Under the pieces are notes generated by a model that saw only the letters and a program-made list of their open reading frames with translations, had not been told where the DNA came from and ran no database searches. A stretch of 64,000 nt of DNA from IMG/VR virus record IMGVR_UViG_3300021197_001928, positions 1-64,000 of that record; one strand, written 5' to 3'. Origin of the DNA: a virus. Position numbers and translations under genes: made by a program. Below, in pieces: positions 24,335 to 35,714 of the stretch (position 1 is its first letter; each line of letters opens with the position of its first letter).

Positions 24335-25456
24335 TTAGAAGTCTAGGCGGCATCTAACTGTGTACTCTTGGCTTGGATCTTTACGAAGAGGTTCTGATAG
24401 TTTAGCAGTTGCCATTAACTCATTATTGCTATTATACAGGCCAATTGATGTTACATAAGCAATTGGCACATCAGATGATTTTGTTTTAACTCTTACTTTC
24501 CCGTTATTCAAATATGTCGGGTTTGTTGAATAATTGAACTCGTTGTGGTTCATGCGGCAGAAATAAATTGTTGAGTTCAGTTCCACTGTATTATTGAACT
24601 GAACGTTGTAAATCCTATTACGAATATTGTCTGCTGCTCCGGATATTTCAGAACCGGTCAGTACGGCAATAAAACTCTCGGCATTGCTTGACGGGCCTAA
24701 CATCGGCGTATACCCGAAGGTGGCGTTTGGGTCGTCTTTCTTAATTCCTCCTTTACCCGCATTAGTAAAAATAGAGCCACTAATGACAGCTACACCTGCT
24801 TGATAAAACAAAAGGCCGCATGGGTGTCTTACATTTGTCTTTAATACTTGAGATGGAGAAACAGATGCTGTTGCATAAAGAACGCCGTATTCACCAACAG
24901 GTGAGTTAACCAAATAGCCATCAGAGCCACTAAAGTCTGTGATTTTAATCCTGTTAGCGTCAATGAATTGTTGACCAGCGTAATTAACTGCTCCATGAAT
25001 TGACATTTCCAACTCAAATGTTCCTTTTTTAATCTCGTCTTTTACCAATAAACGAGAAAAGTTCATAAAGAAAACATTGTCAAGTTTTGTACCACCATCA
25101 GTAATATTTCCGTCTTCGTCAAATCTTTGCACTGATCCTGTGTGGTCGTATCCCATTAAGACTTGCGCCATTTGATTATAGATGTTTTTCTTCTTCGCTG
25201 CTTGGTTATGTGACGTATTGTAATGTGTCGACTGGGTGCCGAGTCCAATACTAATATCAAATACATGATTCGCAGATGAACTCAAGAAAGGATAATCATA
25301 TACAGACTGAAACATGCCGTGTGCATAATTTTTTATGTTGTCCATTCCGTATGTTCCTGATACTATTGTACCAGTTAAAGGTATTGCTTCATGCAATAGG
25401 GTTCTCGTACTTACAACGTCTTTTTCGTTGTCTAATGTTTTATAAAAACTAGCCAT
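24335..25456 (-). CDS. Virion structural protein (baseplate/tail)
   Basis: G..FY.AG..V, EFNYSTNPT, YVTSIGLYN...ELMATAKLSEPLRK, RLDF C-terminus. Confidence 0.65.
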   Translation of the reverse strand: MASFYKTLDNEKDVVSTRTLLHEAIPLTGTIVSGTYGMDNIKNYAHGMFQSVYDYPFLSSSANHVFDISIGLGTQSTHYNTSHNQAAKKKNIYNQMAQVLMGYDHTGSVQRFDEDGNITDGGTKLDNVFFMNFSRLLVKDEIKKGTFELEMSIHGAVNYAGQQFIDANRIKITDFSGSDGYLVNSPVGEYGVLYATASVSPSQVLKTNVRHPCGLLFYQAGVAVISGSIFTNAGKGGIKKDDPNATFGYTPMLGPSSNAESFIAVLTGSEISGAADNIRNRIYNVQFNNTVELNSTIYFCRMNHNEFNYSTNPTYLNNGKVRVKTKSSDVPIAYVTSIGLYNSNNELMATAKLSEPLRKDPSQEYTVRCRLDF

Positions 25457-25469
25457 ATTTTTCTCTCTA

Positions 25470-26435
25470 TTAAATAATTGTTTTGATGAATCTCACAGGT
25501 ACGTCAACTGAGTATCCTGTTTTCATTCCAGTAACTTTTACTGTGCTGTCAATGAATCGTACACTTTGTGATGCACTTCCTGCTTTATTGGTCATCGTGA
25601 TCTGGCCACCTAGCTTAGTAAACAAAAATGTGCTTGTTTGTAATTCTAAGGATGATCCTACTTTAAATTCTAAAATTGTCCCTCTCGGTCCTTTGATAGT
25701 TTGATTGTCAGAGGTTGTGTCATTGGTATTAATTGATACAACCGCACCAGCGTTTTGAATTCCGGCACCAACAGATGCGTCGACTGTGTAGTAAGCAATA
25801 TCGTCATCATCAATATAATCACTACCAATCAAGTTTCCTTGCAAATCTGTTAAATTCCCCAAACGATTGTCCATCTGGATGATGTACACGTCTTCGATTA
25901 AGTTTGTCATGAGGCTTGTCTTCTTTGGAGACAACTCTGTTGAGTCAATACCCTGATCTATTCGAATAGTTTGTGAGGACTCAAACGAGGCACCAAACAA
26001 GATACCAGAAACGTTTCCGCCGCTACTGTTTACACCAACAGATGCATTAACGCTTGTATCGCCAGTACCTTCAGTCTCTCTGTCGACTGCAACATAGAAC
26101 GAGCCATCTGAGTGTCGGGGAGAACCAAAGTTTTCATTTATTTTAAGAACCGGCAAATACAACAAGTTCAGGTCCTCAAACGAAGCCAATTTGGTTTTCA
26201 TCGCAGACCCGTTGTTTGTGAAGGCCTCCAAGACTGGTGTTTGCAATATTTCCAAGTCATAGTAAGCGGACCCACTAGCATGTGACGAATTGAATAAACT
26301 ATAATCAATTTCCTCATCACAAACAGCAAATTTTGTTATTTGGAATGAACCATCCCCCTTTGCCATTACTTTTCTACCGTGGTCTGTCAGTACAACATCT
26401 AATATGATATCACCACTATTGTCTAAAAATGCCAT
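25470..26435 (-). CDS. Virion structural protein
   Basis: MAFLDNSGDIILDVVLTDHGR...FQITKFA..DEEIDY N-terminus, related to 30690..31601. Confidence 0.65.
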   Translation of the reverse strand: MAFLDNSGDIILDVVLTDHGRKVMAKGDGSFQITKFAVCDEEIDYSLFNSSHASGSAYYDLEILQTPVLEAFTNNGSAMKTKLASFEDLNLLYLPVLKINENFGSPRHSDGSFYVAVDRETEGTGDTSVNASVGVNSSGGNVSGILFGASFESSQTIRIDQGIDSTELSPKKTSLMTNLIEDVYIIQMDNRLGNLTDLQGNLIGSDYIDDDDIAYYTVDASVGAGIQNAGAVVSINTNDTTSDNQTIKGPRGTILEFKVGSSLELQTSTFLFTKLGGQITMTNKAGSASQSVRFIDSTVKVTGMKTGYSVDVPVRFIKTII

Positions 26436-26470
26436 TAATATTCTCCTTATTCACAATAAATAGAAACTTT

Positions 26471-28327
26471 CTAGAAATCTGCTTCTGAATCTTCCTTCTT
26501 AAGGTTAAAATCAACATTGATATCTAAAATTTTCCCAGTGTTTTTTGATTTGATTCTAAATTTAAACTTTTTACCCCAAATTGGATCCTCAGTGTCGCCA
26601 ACATAATATTGTTTATTATTAAAAGTTATCGTATCTTTGGTGGTGTTTTCATTTGGGTTAAATTCTGTTAAAAGCAACTGATCAAACGCTGGAAATATTC
26701 TTAAAAACCTGCCGAACTCTCTATGTCTATCATCTTCTTGTTCTTCAAAATTAATAATCTTCGATATTATTTTACTTTCATCAGAATCTTGTATAAGTTC
26801 TACTTCATAAATAGGTGTTGGATTTGAAAAAAGATTAAAATTGTTTCTAGCCCTAAAAGTAAAATAATGTTTCATGTTTGGTGTCAGAAACATTTCAAAA
26901 ATTTCTGAGGAACCTCTGTCTGTCCCTGCGACGATTGCAAACAAGGAATTTTCAAAGTCTCTGTACGATGTTGGCCTCTTAGTAGACTTGAAAATTTGGA
27001 AATCTAAAAAATCCTTGCCCAATTTATATTTTGTTCTTCCTAAATTATCTTTCATTGCTTTTAGTTGGTTTTCAAAATCAGATTCTAAAATTTCAATAAA
27101 ATTTTCTGCTGTTTCATGAAAGTTTGGTTCAAAATAAATTCTGATTCTTTTTTCAGCATTAGATGAATTAAGAAAAGAAATTTCTGGTGTTGTCGGCGCT
27201 ACGCCCTCAACAGTATGATTGTGATTTGCAATTTTGATTTTTAGAAATTTAATAACCTTTGAATCAGTAACACCTACACTAACACCATTACTAGATTCCG
27301 TAACCTCATATTCATAATTGTTGGAAAACAAAACATTGATTGCAAATATTTCATATCTATAACTCGATCCAAAATTAATTTGATTATCAATATAATATCG
27401 ATTAGAGTCCGACGCTGGTACATAAAAAGTTTGTAAAAGAGTCATTGAACTCGCTGAATATTTTTTAATTTCATAACATATCGTTTCTACGTATGGAACC
27501 TTGTCACCAGTTATTGATTGAAAATAGTTCGGGCAATTTTCATTTACGTATCTATCGATTGCAGACTTAAGTAAAATTGTGTCCAACTCATCTAAATTAG
27601 AGCCCCACACTTCGCTAAACTCAAAAGAAGGCGAATGAAGGATTTTAAAATTTTCCGGGTTTGGGTTTAAGCTTGAAAGTATGCTTAATAAACTAGCGGT
27701 TTCTATTGCAACTAATCCGTTTATTGTTGGATAGCCTTGCTCTGTGAATTCAGAATCCATAAAAGCTTCTAGCATTAATTCATAAGCGTCTTGACTTTTA
27801 AGAAAGTTATAAAAATTATTTGGTGTGTCTGGGAATGTAAAATTAACATAAAACGGGAAGTATTGTTTATTAGTGTGGATCATAGAGTTGTCCAATCTTT
27901 CATTGACTGCTATTCTGCTAAAATCTTTTTGGATTTCTAAATCTTGCATCATAGTAGGACTAAATGAGCCATTTATTGAATTCTCGGATATCTCCTGAAA
28001 TTCGGCAGCAGTTGTATCGTAAATTGTTCTAATGCTTGTTTCAGATAGTGTTTGCTGCGGGCTGTATGATTCAGCAGAATTATAATTGAATATTTGGGAT
28101 ATATTAACTTTCATATCTGTGTTATATGTAAAAGTGTTATCGGCGATTACCGCCCCATTGTTATTCAATATCAGTTCTCTAATTTCTCCATCATCACAAT
28201 AAACCTTAAACTTAAAAGAGAAACCCTCGGTGGTGTTTATCTGCATGTTTGCAACTGCACCCTGCTGCACTTTACTCTTGATTATGTGCGCTAATTCATC
28301 CTCAGATCTAACGTCTATAACAGTCAT
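26471..28327 (-). CDS. Hypothetical (probably structural) protein
   Basis: 618 aa in the tail block; beta-rich, FN3-like segments (YRYEIFAIN, YFTFRARN). Confidence 0.6.
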   Translation of the reverse strand: MTVIDVRSEDELAHIIKSKVQQGAVANMQINTTEGFSFKFKVYCDDGEIRELILNNNGAVIADNTFTYNTDMKVNISQIFNYNSAESYSPQQTLSETSIRTIYDTTAAEFQEISENSINGSFSPTMMQDLEIQKDFSRIAVNERLDNSMIHTNKQYFPFYVNFTFPDTPNNFYNFLKSQDAYELMLEAFMDSEFTEQGYPTINGLVAIETASLLSILSSLNPNPENFKILHSPSFEFSEVWGSNLDELDTILLKSAIDRYVNENCPNYFQSITGDKVPYVETICYEIKKYSASSMTLLQTFYVPASDSNRYYIDNQINFGSSYRYEIFAINVLFSNNYEYEVTESSNGVSVGVTDSKVIKFLKIKIANHNHTVEGVAPTTPEISFLNSSNAEKRIRIYFEPNFHETAENFIEILESDFENQLKAMKDNLGRTKYKLGKDFLDFQIFKSTKRPTSYRDFENSLFAIVAGTDRGSSEIFEMFLTPNMKHYFTFRARNNFNLFSNPTPIYEVELIQDSDESKIISKIINFEEQEDDRHREFGRFLRIFPAFDQLLLTEFNPNENTTKDTITFNNKQYYVGDTEDPIWGKKFKFRIKSKNTGKILDINVDFNLKKEDSEADF

Positions 28328-30693
28328 CAGTAACCTCCTATATTAGTCTGTGTGGACGCCATTGCCGGGGATGGCTGTGGCGTCGACGGTGTTGCTTGTG
28401 CTGCTGATGGCGTTGCTTGTGCTGCTGATTGTGTTGCTTGTGCACTCACAACTCCCATTGTGGTGTCATGGCTTAATACAATGTTCCCCTGAGCAAACAT
28501 GGGGTCCGCTACGGCATAAAGCTGTGATGCCTCTACTAGACTCTTGTCTTCTGTTTGTAGGCTCAAGTCTGTAAATTTGTATGCATCGGAGTTATTAATC
28601 AATTTATATTTATTAGGATAAGGATAGTTTATATTTGTAGTCAAGTCACCAACAGGGATCTGCTTGACTATTGTCGAATCACTCATAATCTCTCCGCCAT
28701 ATGGTGACCAAATGGGCTGGGTTACGGCTAACATACCTTCCTTGTTGAGGTTGAACCCAGATAAGATTTCCAATTTTGTAGTAAAGTTTTTCATTTCATC
28801 TTTTACATCCTGCGATTCGCTAATGATTTTTAATTCAATCTCTTCTGCCACGATTGGCTTAGACTTTGGGTTTTCGCACTTTTCTTCGTCTGTGAACGAG
28901 TTTAGGCTTGTTTCACTCCCTAGTAATTCAGTAACCTCTATGAATTTTTCTGGCTCTGGCTGTTCTATTTTAATAGAGAGTGGTACAATTGTTATGGAAC
29001 GGTTGCGTTTATTAAATTTATTTTTTATTACCCTGTTGATCATTGGGTTTGTTTGGCCTTTTTCAAAATTAAAACGATTTCCCAATCTTCCAAACTTTAT
29101 TGGATTTCGGGGAACCATTTTTAAATTTGTACCCGTTACTTCCTCTTTCTCAAAAACATAGTGCAATTTTGAATCAGAGGGTTTTATAATTTTTTTGAAT
29201 TTGTGTTTCATAAAAATCTTATTAGTCATATTATTTGACTTAGTTCCAACTAAGTTTGTATAATTCGACCCTACCTTCGAGGTTTCAAATCCATATATCT
29301 TCACCAATTCGTTATATAATTTTTTCATATTGCTTGTAAAGATAGCAACAGATTCAATTGTACAAGAATTAGGACTTATAAGATTAAAATTGTTCATTAA
29401 AAGGTTGCTTTTTTCAAATTCCGGAATCATATAGATAAACGATTTTATCTTGCTATATAAATAACAAAAGTTTTGAGCAAGCTGGTTGTTGCTAAAAAAC
29501 CCTGCTTTTGTTTCATCTTTTATCTTTCTTGTGTTTTTATCATATTTCCTTGGCAATGATAACATTTGAGAAAAATCTTCCAATTTGTTTATGGCATCAG
29601 ATAAGCGAGCCAAAAGAGTCTTGAAATATAAGACTGTCTGGTCGCTAAAATATATTTCTAGCTCATACCGATATCTACCATATGAATTTTGATTTATTGT
29701 TTTATCATGAAATTTAATTGCTCTAATCGAGGGCCCCATCTTATGAGATATAAATTCCAATTCTTGTCCAAATGTTGATTGAAATCCGTCGGTACTCAGT
29801 TCAAACCCACTTAAAATATCTTTAATCTCAAAACTGGCTGTTGAGTTGTTCTCGATAGAATGTCTCTTGACTCTGATCGATGAAAAAACTGTGTTATTGA
29901 GAATTGTTTCTCTTTCATTTAATTGTAGTCTTTTGTAAAGATGTCCGAATTTGGTTTTGGAAATTATCAATTGCTCGATATTAATAAAAAACATATAGTT
30001 AAACTCAGTTTCACTATTAAAGGACGCTAACAGGTTACCAAAGATGGGCGTCATTGAATTTCTTGAGAGCTTCTTTTTTGTATATATTTTACCTCTTAGG
30101 TCTTTTATTTTTAAGTTTAGTCCCGAATTGACTTCAATTTTTGAATGTGGGGTTGTTTTGTGAATCTTTCCTTCCATGTAGCCCCCTTCATGGTAGTGCA
30201 CTGGTCCGTAGTATTGCTCTTTGCTTTTATATAAAATATTAGTTATTGTTTTTAGTCTGCCTTTGGTGAATATTGTTTCTGATGCAACTGGGCCTTGCAT
30301 ATTAGCGTCATCAATAAATACATTTGCAAAAATTGTTATATTTTCAGGTTGTTCGTTGAAAGCATACGTGCACGTTTTCATATAAATGATCCGATTGTCT
30401 AAATTGGATATACCTGTTGTGGTTACTTTTTTCATTTTTGAAACCAATTCCATTTTAATTTGACCCTGATGGGCATTAAAATTAGATGCTCCGCTTTTAA
30501 TATTTTCAATTTCGGACTCATCAGTGAATATGCCATGTTTTATTTTTAATTTGTGGTCAAGTGATTTTTTATTCGACCACGCTGGGTTTTCAATGTCGTC
30601 TAAAATAACAATATCATACCTTAATGAATTTTGGTATATCTCTATATTATTAATAAAAACATTTGGAAGAATATCATGTCCAATAATCATCAA
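28327..30693 (-). CDS. Hypothetical (probably structural) protein
   Basis: 788 aa in the tail block; YYGPVHYH..YM.G..H motif; low-complexity AQATPS C-terminal tail. Confidence 0.6.
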   Translation of the reverse strand: MMIIGHDILPNVFINNIEIYQNSLRYDIVILDDIENPAWSNKKSLDHKLKIKHGIFTDESEIENIKSGASNFNAHQGQIKMELVSKMKKVTTTGISNLDNRIIYMKTCTYAFNEQPENITIFANVFIDDANMQGPVASETIFTKGRLKTITNILYKSKEQYYGPVHYHEGGYMEGKIHKTTPHSKIEVNSGLNLKIKDLRGKIYTKKKLSRNSMTPIFGNLLASFNSETEFNYMFFINIEQLIISKTKFGHLYKRLQLNERETILNNTVFSSIRVKRHSIENNSTASFEIKDILSGFELSTDGFQSTFGQELEFISHKMGPSIRAIKFHDKTINQNSYGRYRYELEIYFSDQTVLYFKTLLARLSDAINKLEDFSQMLSLPRKYDKNTRKIKDETKAGFFSNNQLAQNFCYLYSKIKSFIYMIPEFEKSNLLMNNFNLISPNSCTIESVAIFTSNMKKLYNELVKIYGFETSKVGSNYTNLVGTKSNNMTNKIFMKHKFKKIIKPSDSKLHYVFEKEEVTGTNLKMVPRNPIKFGRLGNRFNFEKGQTNPMINRVIKNKFNKRNRSITIVPLSIKIEQPEPEKFIEVTELLGSETSLNSFTDEEKCENPKSKPIVAEEIELKIISESQDVKDEMKNFTTKLEILSGFNLNKEGMLAVTQPIWSPYGGEIMSDSTIVKQIPVGDLTTNINYPYPNKYKLINNSDAYKFTDLSLQTEDKSLVEASQLYAVADPMFAQGNIVLSHDTTMGVVSAQATQSAAQATPSAAQATPSTPQPSPAMASTQTNIGGY
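28391..28443. repeat. 21-bp in-frame tandem repeat encoding SAAQATP
   Basis: gttgcttgtgc recurs at 28391, 28412 and 28433. Confidence 0.8.
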
Positions 30694-31601
30694 TCACACT
30701 CCTCAACATCGCCAATTGTAGAATTATATATACTAACGTTAGACAACGTCTTGTCTGGGCATTTTAGGTCTAATTCTAAATAGATATTACTTTCTTTTAA
30801 TTTTTCTATACCTTTACATATTTCTTTATCCGGTATCTCTGAGTCTATCAAAAAGTCTATATAAAATTCTACATTTTTACTCGTCGCTTCTTTATTTGTT
30901 TGCTCAGTTTCATAAAACATATCGTTCCTCACATGTTTTGCTCTTTTTTGAAAATCAATTTTCTTTAAGTTGTTATTGTCTTCTTCATACATAAAGACTT
31001 CGACTTCATAGGCATCATTATTAACAAAGCCATTTTTTTCTGTGAGGTGAAGAACGAGGGTTTCTTTCTGTATTTTTACAAAGTTATTGTTATCATCAGT
31101 TTCAAAATCAAACTCATTAACAAGATCATCAAAATCTCCGTTAAAGGTGCTCAAGTTGTCAACAGACATTGTAAAATTTAAAGTGCAATTTATTTGCGGT
31201 ATGTTTTGTATTGAAGAATTCAAAGACGAAGACAATTCAAAAGTGTTAAACTCCTTGTCCAAAGCAACCACATTCCATCCTGCTGTTTTTTTCTCGATTG
31301 GCGAACTTGTCCCTATAGGGTTCGGCATGTAATTATCAATTACTTGCTCATACATCGTATCAACGTTTGTCTCGACTCCAAAGTTTGTTGATTGTGGTCT
31401 CAAGGAAGGTGTCTCGGTTAAAATTCTGGTCTTGCTTTGAGCATTGGTCTCCGTAAAACCGGCCTTTCCTGTGTCGTAAAGAACATCATCGTCAAAGAAA
31501 GCGTAAAATTCTGGTTTTAGTTTTCCCTGTGACAGCAACTTCCTACCGTATGGTGTCAGTTGCAGTTCTAATATATTTTCTTTTTTATTAAAAAATGTCA
31601 T
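30690..31601 (-). CDS. Virion structural protein
   Basis: LTPYGR..LSQG...P.FYAFFDDDVLYD, parallel to the N-terminus of 25470..26435. Confidence 0.6.
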   Translation of the reverse strand: MTFFNKKENILELQLTPYGRKLLSQGKLKPEFYAFFDDDVLYDTGKAGFTETNAQSKTRILTETPSLRPQSTNFGVETNVDTMYEQVIDNYMPNPIGTSSPIEKKTAGWNVVALDKEFNTFELSSSLNSSIQNIPQINCTLNFTMSVDNLSTFNGDFDDLVNEFDFETDDNNNFVKIQKETLVLHLTEKNGFVNNDAYEVEVFMYEEDNNNLKKIDFQKRAKHVRNDMFYETEQTNKEATSKNVEFYIDFLIDSEIPDKEICKGIEKLKESNIYLELDLKCPDKTLSNVSIYNSTIGDVEECD

Positions 31602-31603
31602 TG

Positions 31604-34600
31604 TTAAACCTCCTCTACACTATCAATGAGATCTGGGCCGACGCCAACATCATTTAATAAAAATCGCTTGACATCATTCCTCGAAGCAGCCTTACGCTCC
31701 CCCTCAATGACCGACATTGTGACATTTTGGTATCCATCTCCCATGGGAATTGACTCGATGTATTCATCAACAACTTCTATATCATTAGGAAAGTTATAGT
31801 TTCCATCAGTGTATGCCCTTTTCCTTACAATTACACGCCAACGCCACATTGCCATTTCTTCTTCTGGGATAGTAACTAGCCCGACCAGAGAACTGGGTGT
31901 CCAATCTTCTGCTGGTAGATTTTGCTGCCCGAACATTGGTGCTACTTGATCTAGTTTAGGATTCTGAACTGGTTTTATCTCGTCTTCGAATTTGATATCG
32001 TTTCCTGCTAGCACAACTTCGGCATCGATCTGAGCTAATTCAACTAAGGAAAAGAAGTCATACGGCCAGTTGTACGATATATCGACGTTGACACCTTCTG
32101 GTCTTAGTATACTGGCTGCTTGGAACGCTTGTTGCACTGAATTATCCAACTCGCCGACAACTTTATTGTAATAATTGGTTTGCGCTCTCTGTTTGGCCTT
32201 AAATACCATCCATCTGATTTTCTCTGGTAATGGTTCTCCTTTTTCTATCTTGCCTTCTTTAATCACCTTTCCACCACCTAATAGTTCGTGGGCCAAAAGG
32301 GGATGCGACAACGACACCTCGGATTCTTCAAATTCAGTTCCAATCGATGGAGGCAAGTTCTGCCAAATATCGGCTAGATCTTGTTGTGATAGCTTGTGTG
32401 TAAATTCGAAAATGTACATTGCAAACGGCTCGACCTCTTTGACATTCACGAAATCGAGCGAAGGGGGTATAACAAATCTTTGCATCTTGTCTACCATATC
32501 CAAAATTGCACTACTCACTACACCCTCTGCCACTGATCTGGCTTCGATGGCCATTCTAATTGAATTAGAATCTATTTTAAAAAATTTGCGCTGATTATTT
32601 TCTTCAATAAAGGGTATGGCAACAACTGCCTCTCTGATTATTTTAGCTGAAGCAACGTGCCCTAAGCGCTTTGGCTCGTCTTTAAAACCACAAAGGTCTT
32701 TTAAGGAGAATTCAGTAATAGACCCGCTCACATGTTCTTGAAAACTTGATGGTATGTCTGTTACTTGCAAAAAGATCCCCTTTTCTGGTGAGTCTTCGAT
32801 TCTACCATATTGGTGCCACATACCTCTTGGTACAGATCTAGCGCCTTTTGTTGGCTGGTATACAGTGTCTGATCCGGAATAGTGATTAAAGTTTAACATC
32901 GGAGTTTCAAACTTTGTTTGGATTACCCATCTAGATTTTTCTCCGCTTGATACATCAACAGCAATGTTAACTTTCTCAGATGTTGAATCGTCTAAGAGAT
33001 CAACCGACTTTAATTCTCCTTGTGTGAAAAGGTTAACAGAGGCTGACAGTTGCATCGCATCTCTATTGTAAAGCTCATTGATAATTTGTGATTCTAAATA
33101 CGGAAACGAATCCGCTATGGCTGTTTTACCACCAGAAGTTTTATCAACATATCTCCAGTACGTTACACTTGATTCTCTAATTATTTCTCCAATTGTGTAT
33201 TTTTTTGTCTCGTCTGGTGTAAACTTAATATCAGCCCACCCTTGTCCATAGTAGTATGGCGGCGTGAATGGGTAGTTTTCACCATTACGAGAATCATTTC
33301 CATATCCGGGATGGCCGGGCCACACCGAAGAGGTAATAAAACTTGGGGGACCAAATGCTGTTGGTCTAGAATACATTGTGAAGTTTTCATGAATACCATT
33401 AGCATATTGTGGCACCATAAAAAAGTCAACACCAGAGGACCCAGACCTTACAGGTTGGAGAGGGGTCTGGGCAGTTTTATACATCTTAACCCTCATTGAG
33501 TAAGTCGCATCCTTGACTGCGTTGCCAACGTTTTCATGATCTGAGGGTAATGAATATATAGTAGAAAATTGTGATCCCTGTAGGAAGAAGTTTGGGACTT
33601 CCGCTAAAAAATTGTGTGCCATCATTTTGTATAAATTATCGCCAGAGCCATCCCAAAAAGCGCTGATTTTTGTATTTGATTCAGCGTGAGGCTCCTGACA
33701 GAAAAACTTTCTATTTGAAAGGAATCTTTCGGGCTCCACTAGGGCCTTAAACGGAATTCTTCTTGGAAACAGCACATCAGCATGACCAAAATGAGCAACG
33801 GCGCCCGAAGTAGGCTGCAATAGATAATTATTAGAATTTAAGTAATTGATAAAATGGGAATCATTTGAACTCGTTACCACAGGATAATCACAAGCCACTC
33901 CAGATTTTATTGCATTAAACAGCACACCCGGAGCAAATAAAGGATTTAGGATGTTTTGTTTGGCATGTTCTACGTTACTTGCGAATGGGTTGAACGATCC
34001 ACCGGCATTGTGGCCGGTAATTGATCCGCTATAAGAGGCGTAAAATTGTTCTGCTAGGTCTACAGTTCTTTGGCATGGATAAAATCCATTGTATGGTAAA
34101 AATTTCTTGATTGCTTTACATTTTAATGTAATCTTCATTGGATCCACAAATTCTTTATGGTCGTCTTTAATCAAATCGAAATGCTTCAAAAATTCACTAG
34201 TTGAGTAGATTTTATAAAAGTTGTCTTCATCGCTGCCATTGGCGCTCGACAGACCACCAACCATCTCGAACATATTGGAAAACTTTTTTTCAACTCCTTC
34301 AGCAACTATTGTTGGGATGTGATTACTAATTCTGAATTCGGGTATGATTGTATAACCTTTGCCTTTTTGTCTAACACCTTGGGCAAAGGCATCGTAAGAA
34401 TCATAAAAAGGAGTTTTACCAGATTGCTCTGCTGCTTGCCACAAAGCCTCACCTGACGGTATGTCTTGTGTTTGGTGCAGGTTTGCCTTTGTGCCATAGG
34501 TTATGTCCTCAATTTGCATTCCGTTCGGGGATACACAAGATTCTGACGGAGTCAAAGTGTGTTTTCTTGCGTATATAGGGGCTGGCTTATAGATATCATT

Positions 34601-35713
34601 CAGGTCGCTTTTCGAAAAAGTACCGGGCATATCACCACATTGATTATAATTATTTTGCAAAATTCCATGATGTTTACGATGATCATAGCCATAATGAGCA
34701 GTGAACCTGTTATCGGTGCCAGTTTCGCCTTGAGTCTTGTCGTAATCAAGTGGCCATATACTATCTTTGACCGTGTTTCCAAAGCCATTATCTGCACTGT
34801 CACGTTTCCTGTCCGGATAATTATGTCTCCAATTGAAAGAGAAGGTTGTTCTTTGCCTTGTGTAGCTTTTATTAGTATACACTTGGGTAGGATAAATAGT
34901 CTCCGCATACTCAACCATACTGAATGAGTTGATTGGAGAATTAGAATCCTCTAGGGCGCCTTTCAAATACATCTTTGTGATTTGTTTGTATTCTGGGTTT
35001 GCACAATTGTCAAAGTTGTAATATTTGTCCAAATCTATGTTATTAAAGTGACAAACACTGTTACCCATTGATGTTCTGATTTCTAGTTCCATCTTGCCAT
35101 CTGCGGATGCCAGAACTTTTAAAGGCTTATAGCGAGATATGACGGGTGCCTCAATAAACAGTTTGAGATCTCCGTACCTTTGATTTATTTGTGATCCTTC
35201 GATCTGGATTGATGGCCCGGGCTCTTCGACATGTGTGAAAATGTTGTGCTTCACTTGTTTTCTTATGAGAGGACTTTGTCCTACTCTTATTTGTTTCCAT
35301 GTTGGGTGGCCATAGGGACCATTACGATGTAACATAAGGGCCGGGAAAAAAGAAGCCGTGGCTCTATGTTCAAAACCAGCAGCCGGAGTAACACCGGTTC
35401 TAGGGTCGGGAAGCCAATGAGGAAAAATAACGTTTTTATAATTCTGTAGTCCTGCGTGGAATGTTCCTATTGTTGGCTGATCGGGGCACAGTTTAGAGTT
35501 TACTATCGCAGCAATAGAACCACCGGCGCCAGTATAAGAGGTATCATTCCAGCCAATATTGTTTATTCCGGGTTCTAAAGGGTATCCAGTTCCCGCTTCC
35601 GAGTGTTTTTCAACTAAAACTCCGGTGCCATTGTCCAGTCTACAAAATTCGTACCCAACAGGTTCATAAATAAAAGTGTTCAATCCAACAAAGTCTAAAT
35701 AATAATTCGCCAT
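31604..35713 (-). CDS. Large virion structural protein
   Basis: About 1370 aa (likely start MANYY at 35713); SYNWPYDFFSLVEL motif near the C-terminus; tail block context. Confidence 0.65.
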   Translation of the reverse strand: MANYYLDFVGLNTFIYEPVGYEFCRLDNGTGVLVEKHSEAGTGYPLEPGINNIGWNDTSYTGAGGSIAAIVNSKLCPDQPTIGTFHAGLQNYKNVIFPHWLPDPRTGVTPAAGFEHRATASFFPALMLHRNGPYGHPTWKQIRVGQSPLIRKQVKHNIFTHVEEPGPSIQIEGSQINQRYGDLKLFIEAPVISRYKPLKVLASADGKMELEIRTSMGNSVCHFNNIDLDKYYNFDNCANPEYKQITKMYLKGALEDSNSPINSFSMVEYAETIYPTQVYTNKSYTRQRTTFSFNWRHNYPDRKRDSADNGFGNTVKDSIWPLDYDKTQGETGTDNRFTAHYGYDHRKHHGILQNNYNQCGDMPGTFSKSDLNDIYKPAPIYARKHTLTPSESCVSPNGMQIEDITYGTKANLHQTQDIPSGEALWQAAEQSGKTPFYDSYDAFAQGVRQKGKGYTIIPEFRISNHIPTIVAEGVEKKFSNMFEMVGGLSSANGSDEDNFYKIYSTSEFLKHFDLIKDDHKEFVDPMKITLKCKAIKKFLPYNGFYPCQRTVDLAEQFYASYSGSITGHNAGGSFNPFASNVEHAKQNILNPLFAPGVLFNAIKSGVACDYPVVTSSNDSHFINYLNSNNYLLQPTSGAVAHFGHADVLFPRRIPFKALVEPERFLSNRKFFCQEPHAESNTKISAFWDGSGDNLYKMMAHNFLAEVPNFFLQGSQFSTIYSLPSDHENVGNAVKDATYSMRVKMYKTAQTPLQPVRSGSSGVDFFMVPQYANGIHENFTMYSRPTAFGPPSFITSSVWPGHPGYGNDSRNGENYPFTPPYYYGQGWADIKFTPDETKKYTIGEIIRESSVTYWRYVDKTSGGKTAIADSFPYLESQIINELYNRDAMQLSASVNLFTQGELKSVDLLDDSTSEKVNIAVDVSSGEKSRWVIQTKFETPMLNFNHYSGSDTVYQPTKGARSVPRGMWHQYGRIEDSPEKGIFLQVTDIPSSFQEHVSGSITEFSLKDLCGFKDEPKRLGHVASAKIIREAVVAIPFIEENNQRKFFKIDSNSIRMAIEARSVAEGVVSSAILDMVDKMQRFVIPPSLDFVNVKEVEPFAMYIFEFTHKLSQQDLADIWQNLPPSIGTEFEESEVSLSHPLLAHELLGGGKVIKEGKIEKGEPLPEKIRWMVFKAKQRAQTNYYNKVVGELDNSVQQAFQAASILRPEGVNVDISYNWPYDFFSLVELAQIDAEVVLAGNDIKFEDEIKPVQNPKLDQVAPMFGQQNLPAEDWTPSSLVGLVTIPEEEMAMWRWRVIVRKRAYTDGNYNFPNDIEVVDEYIESIPMGDGYQNVTMSVIEGERKAASRNDVKRFLLNDVGVGPDLIDSVEEV

Positions 35714-35714
35714 T

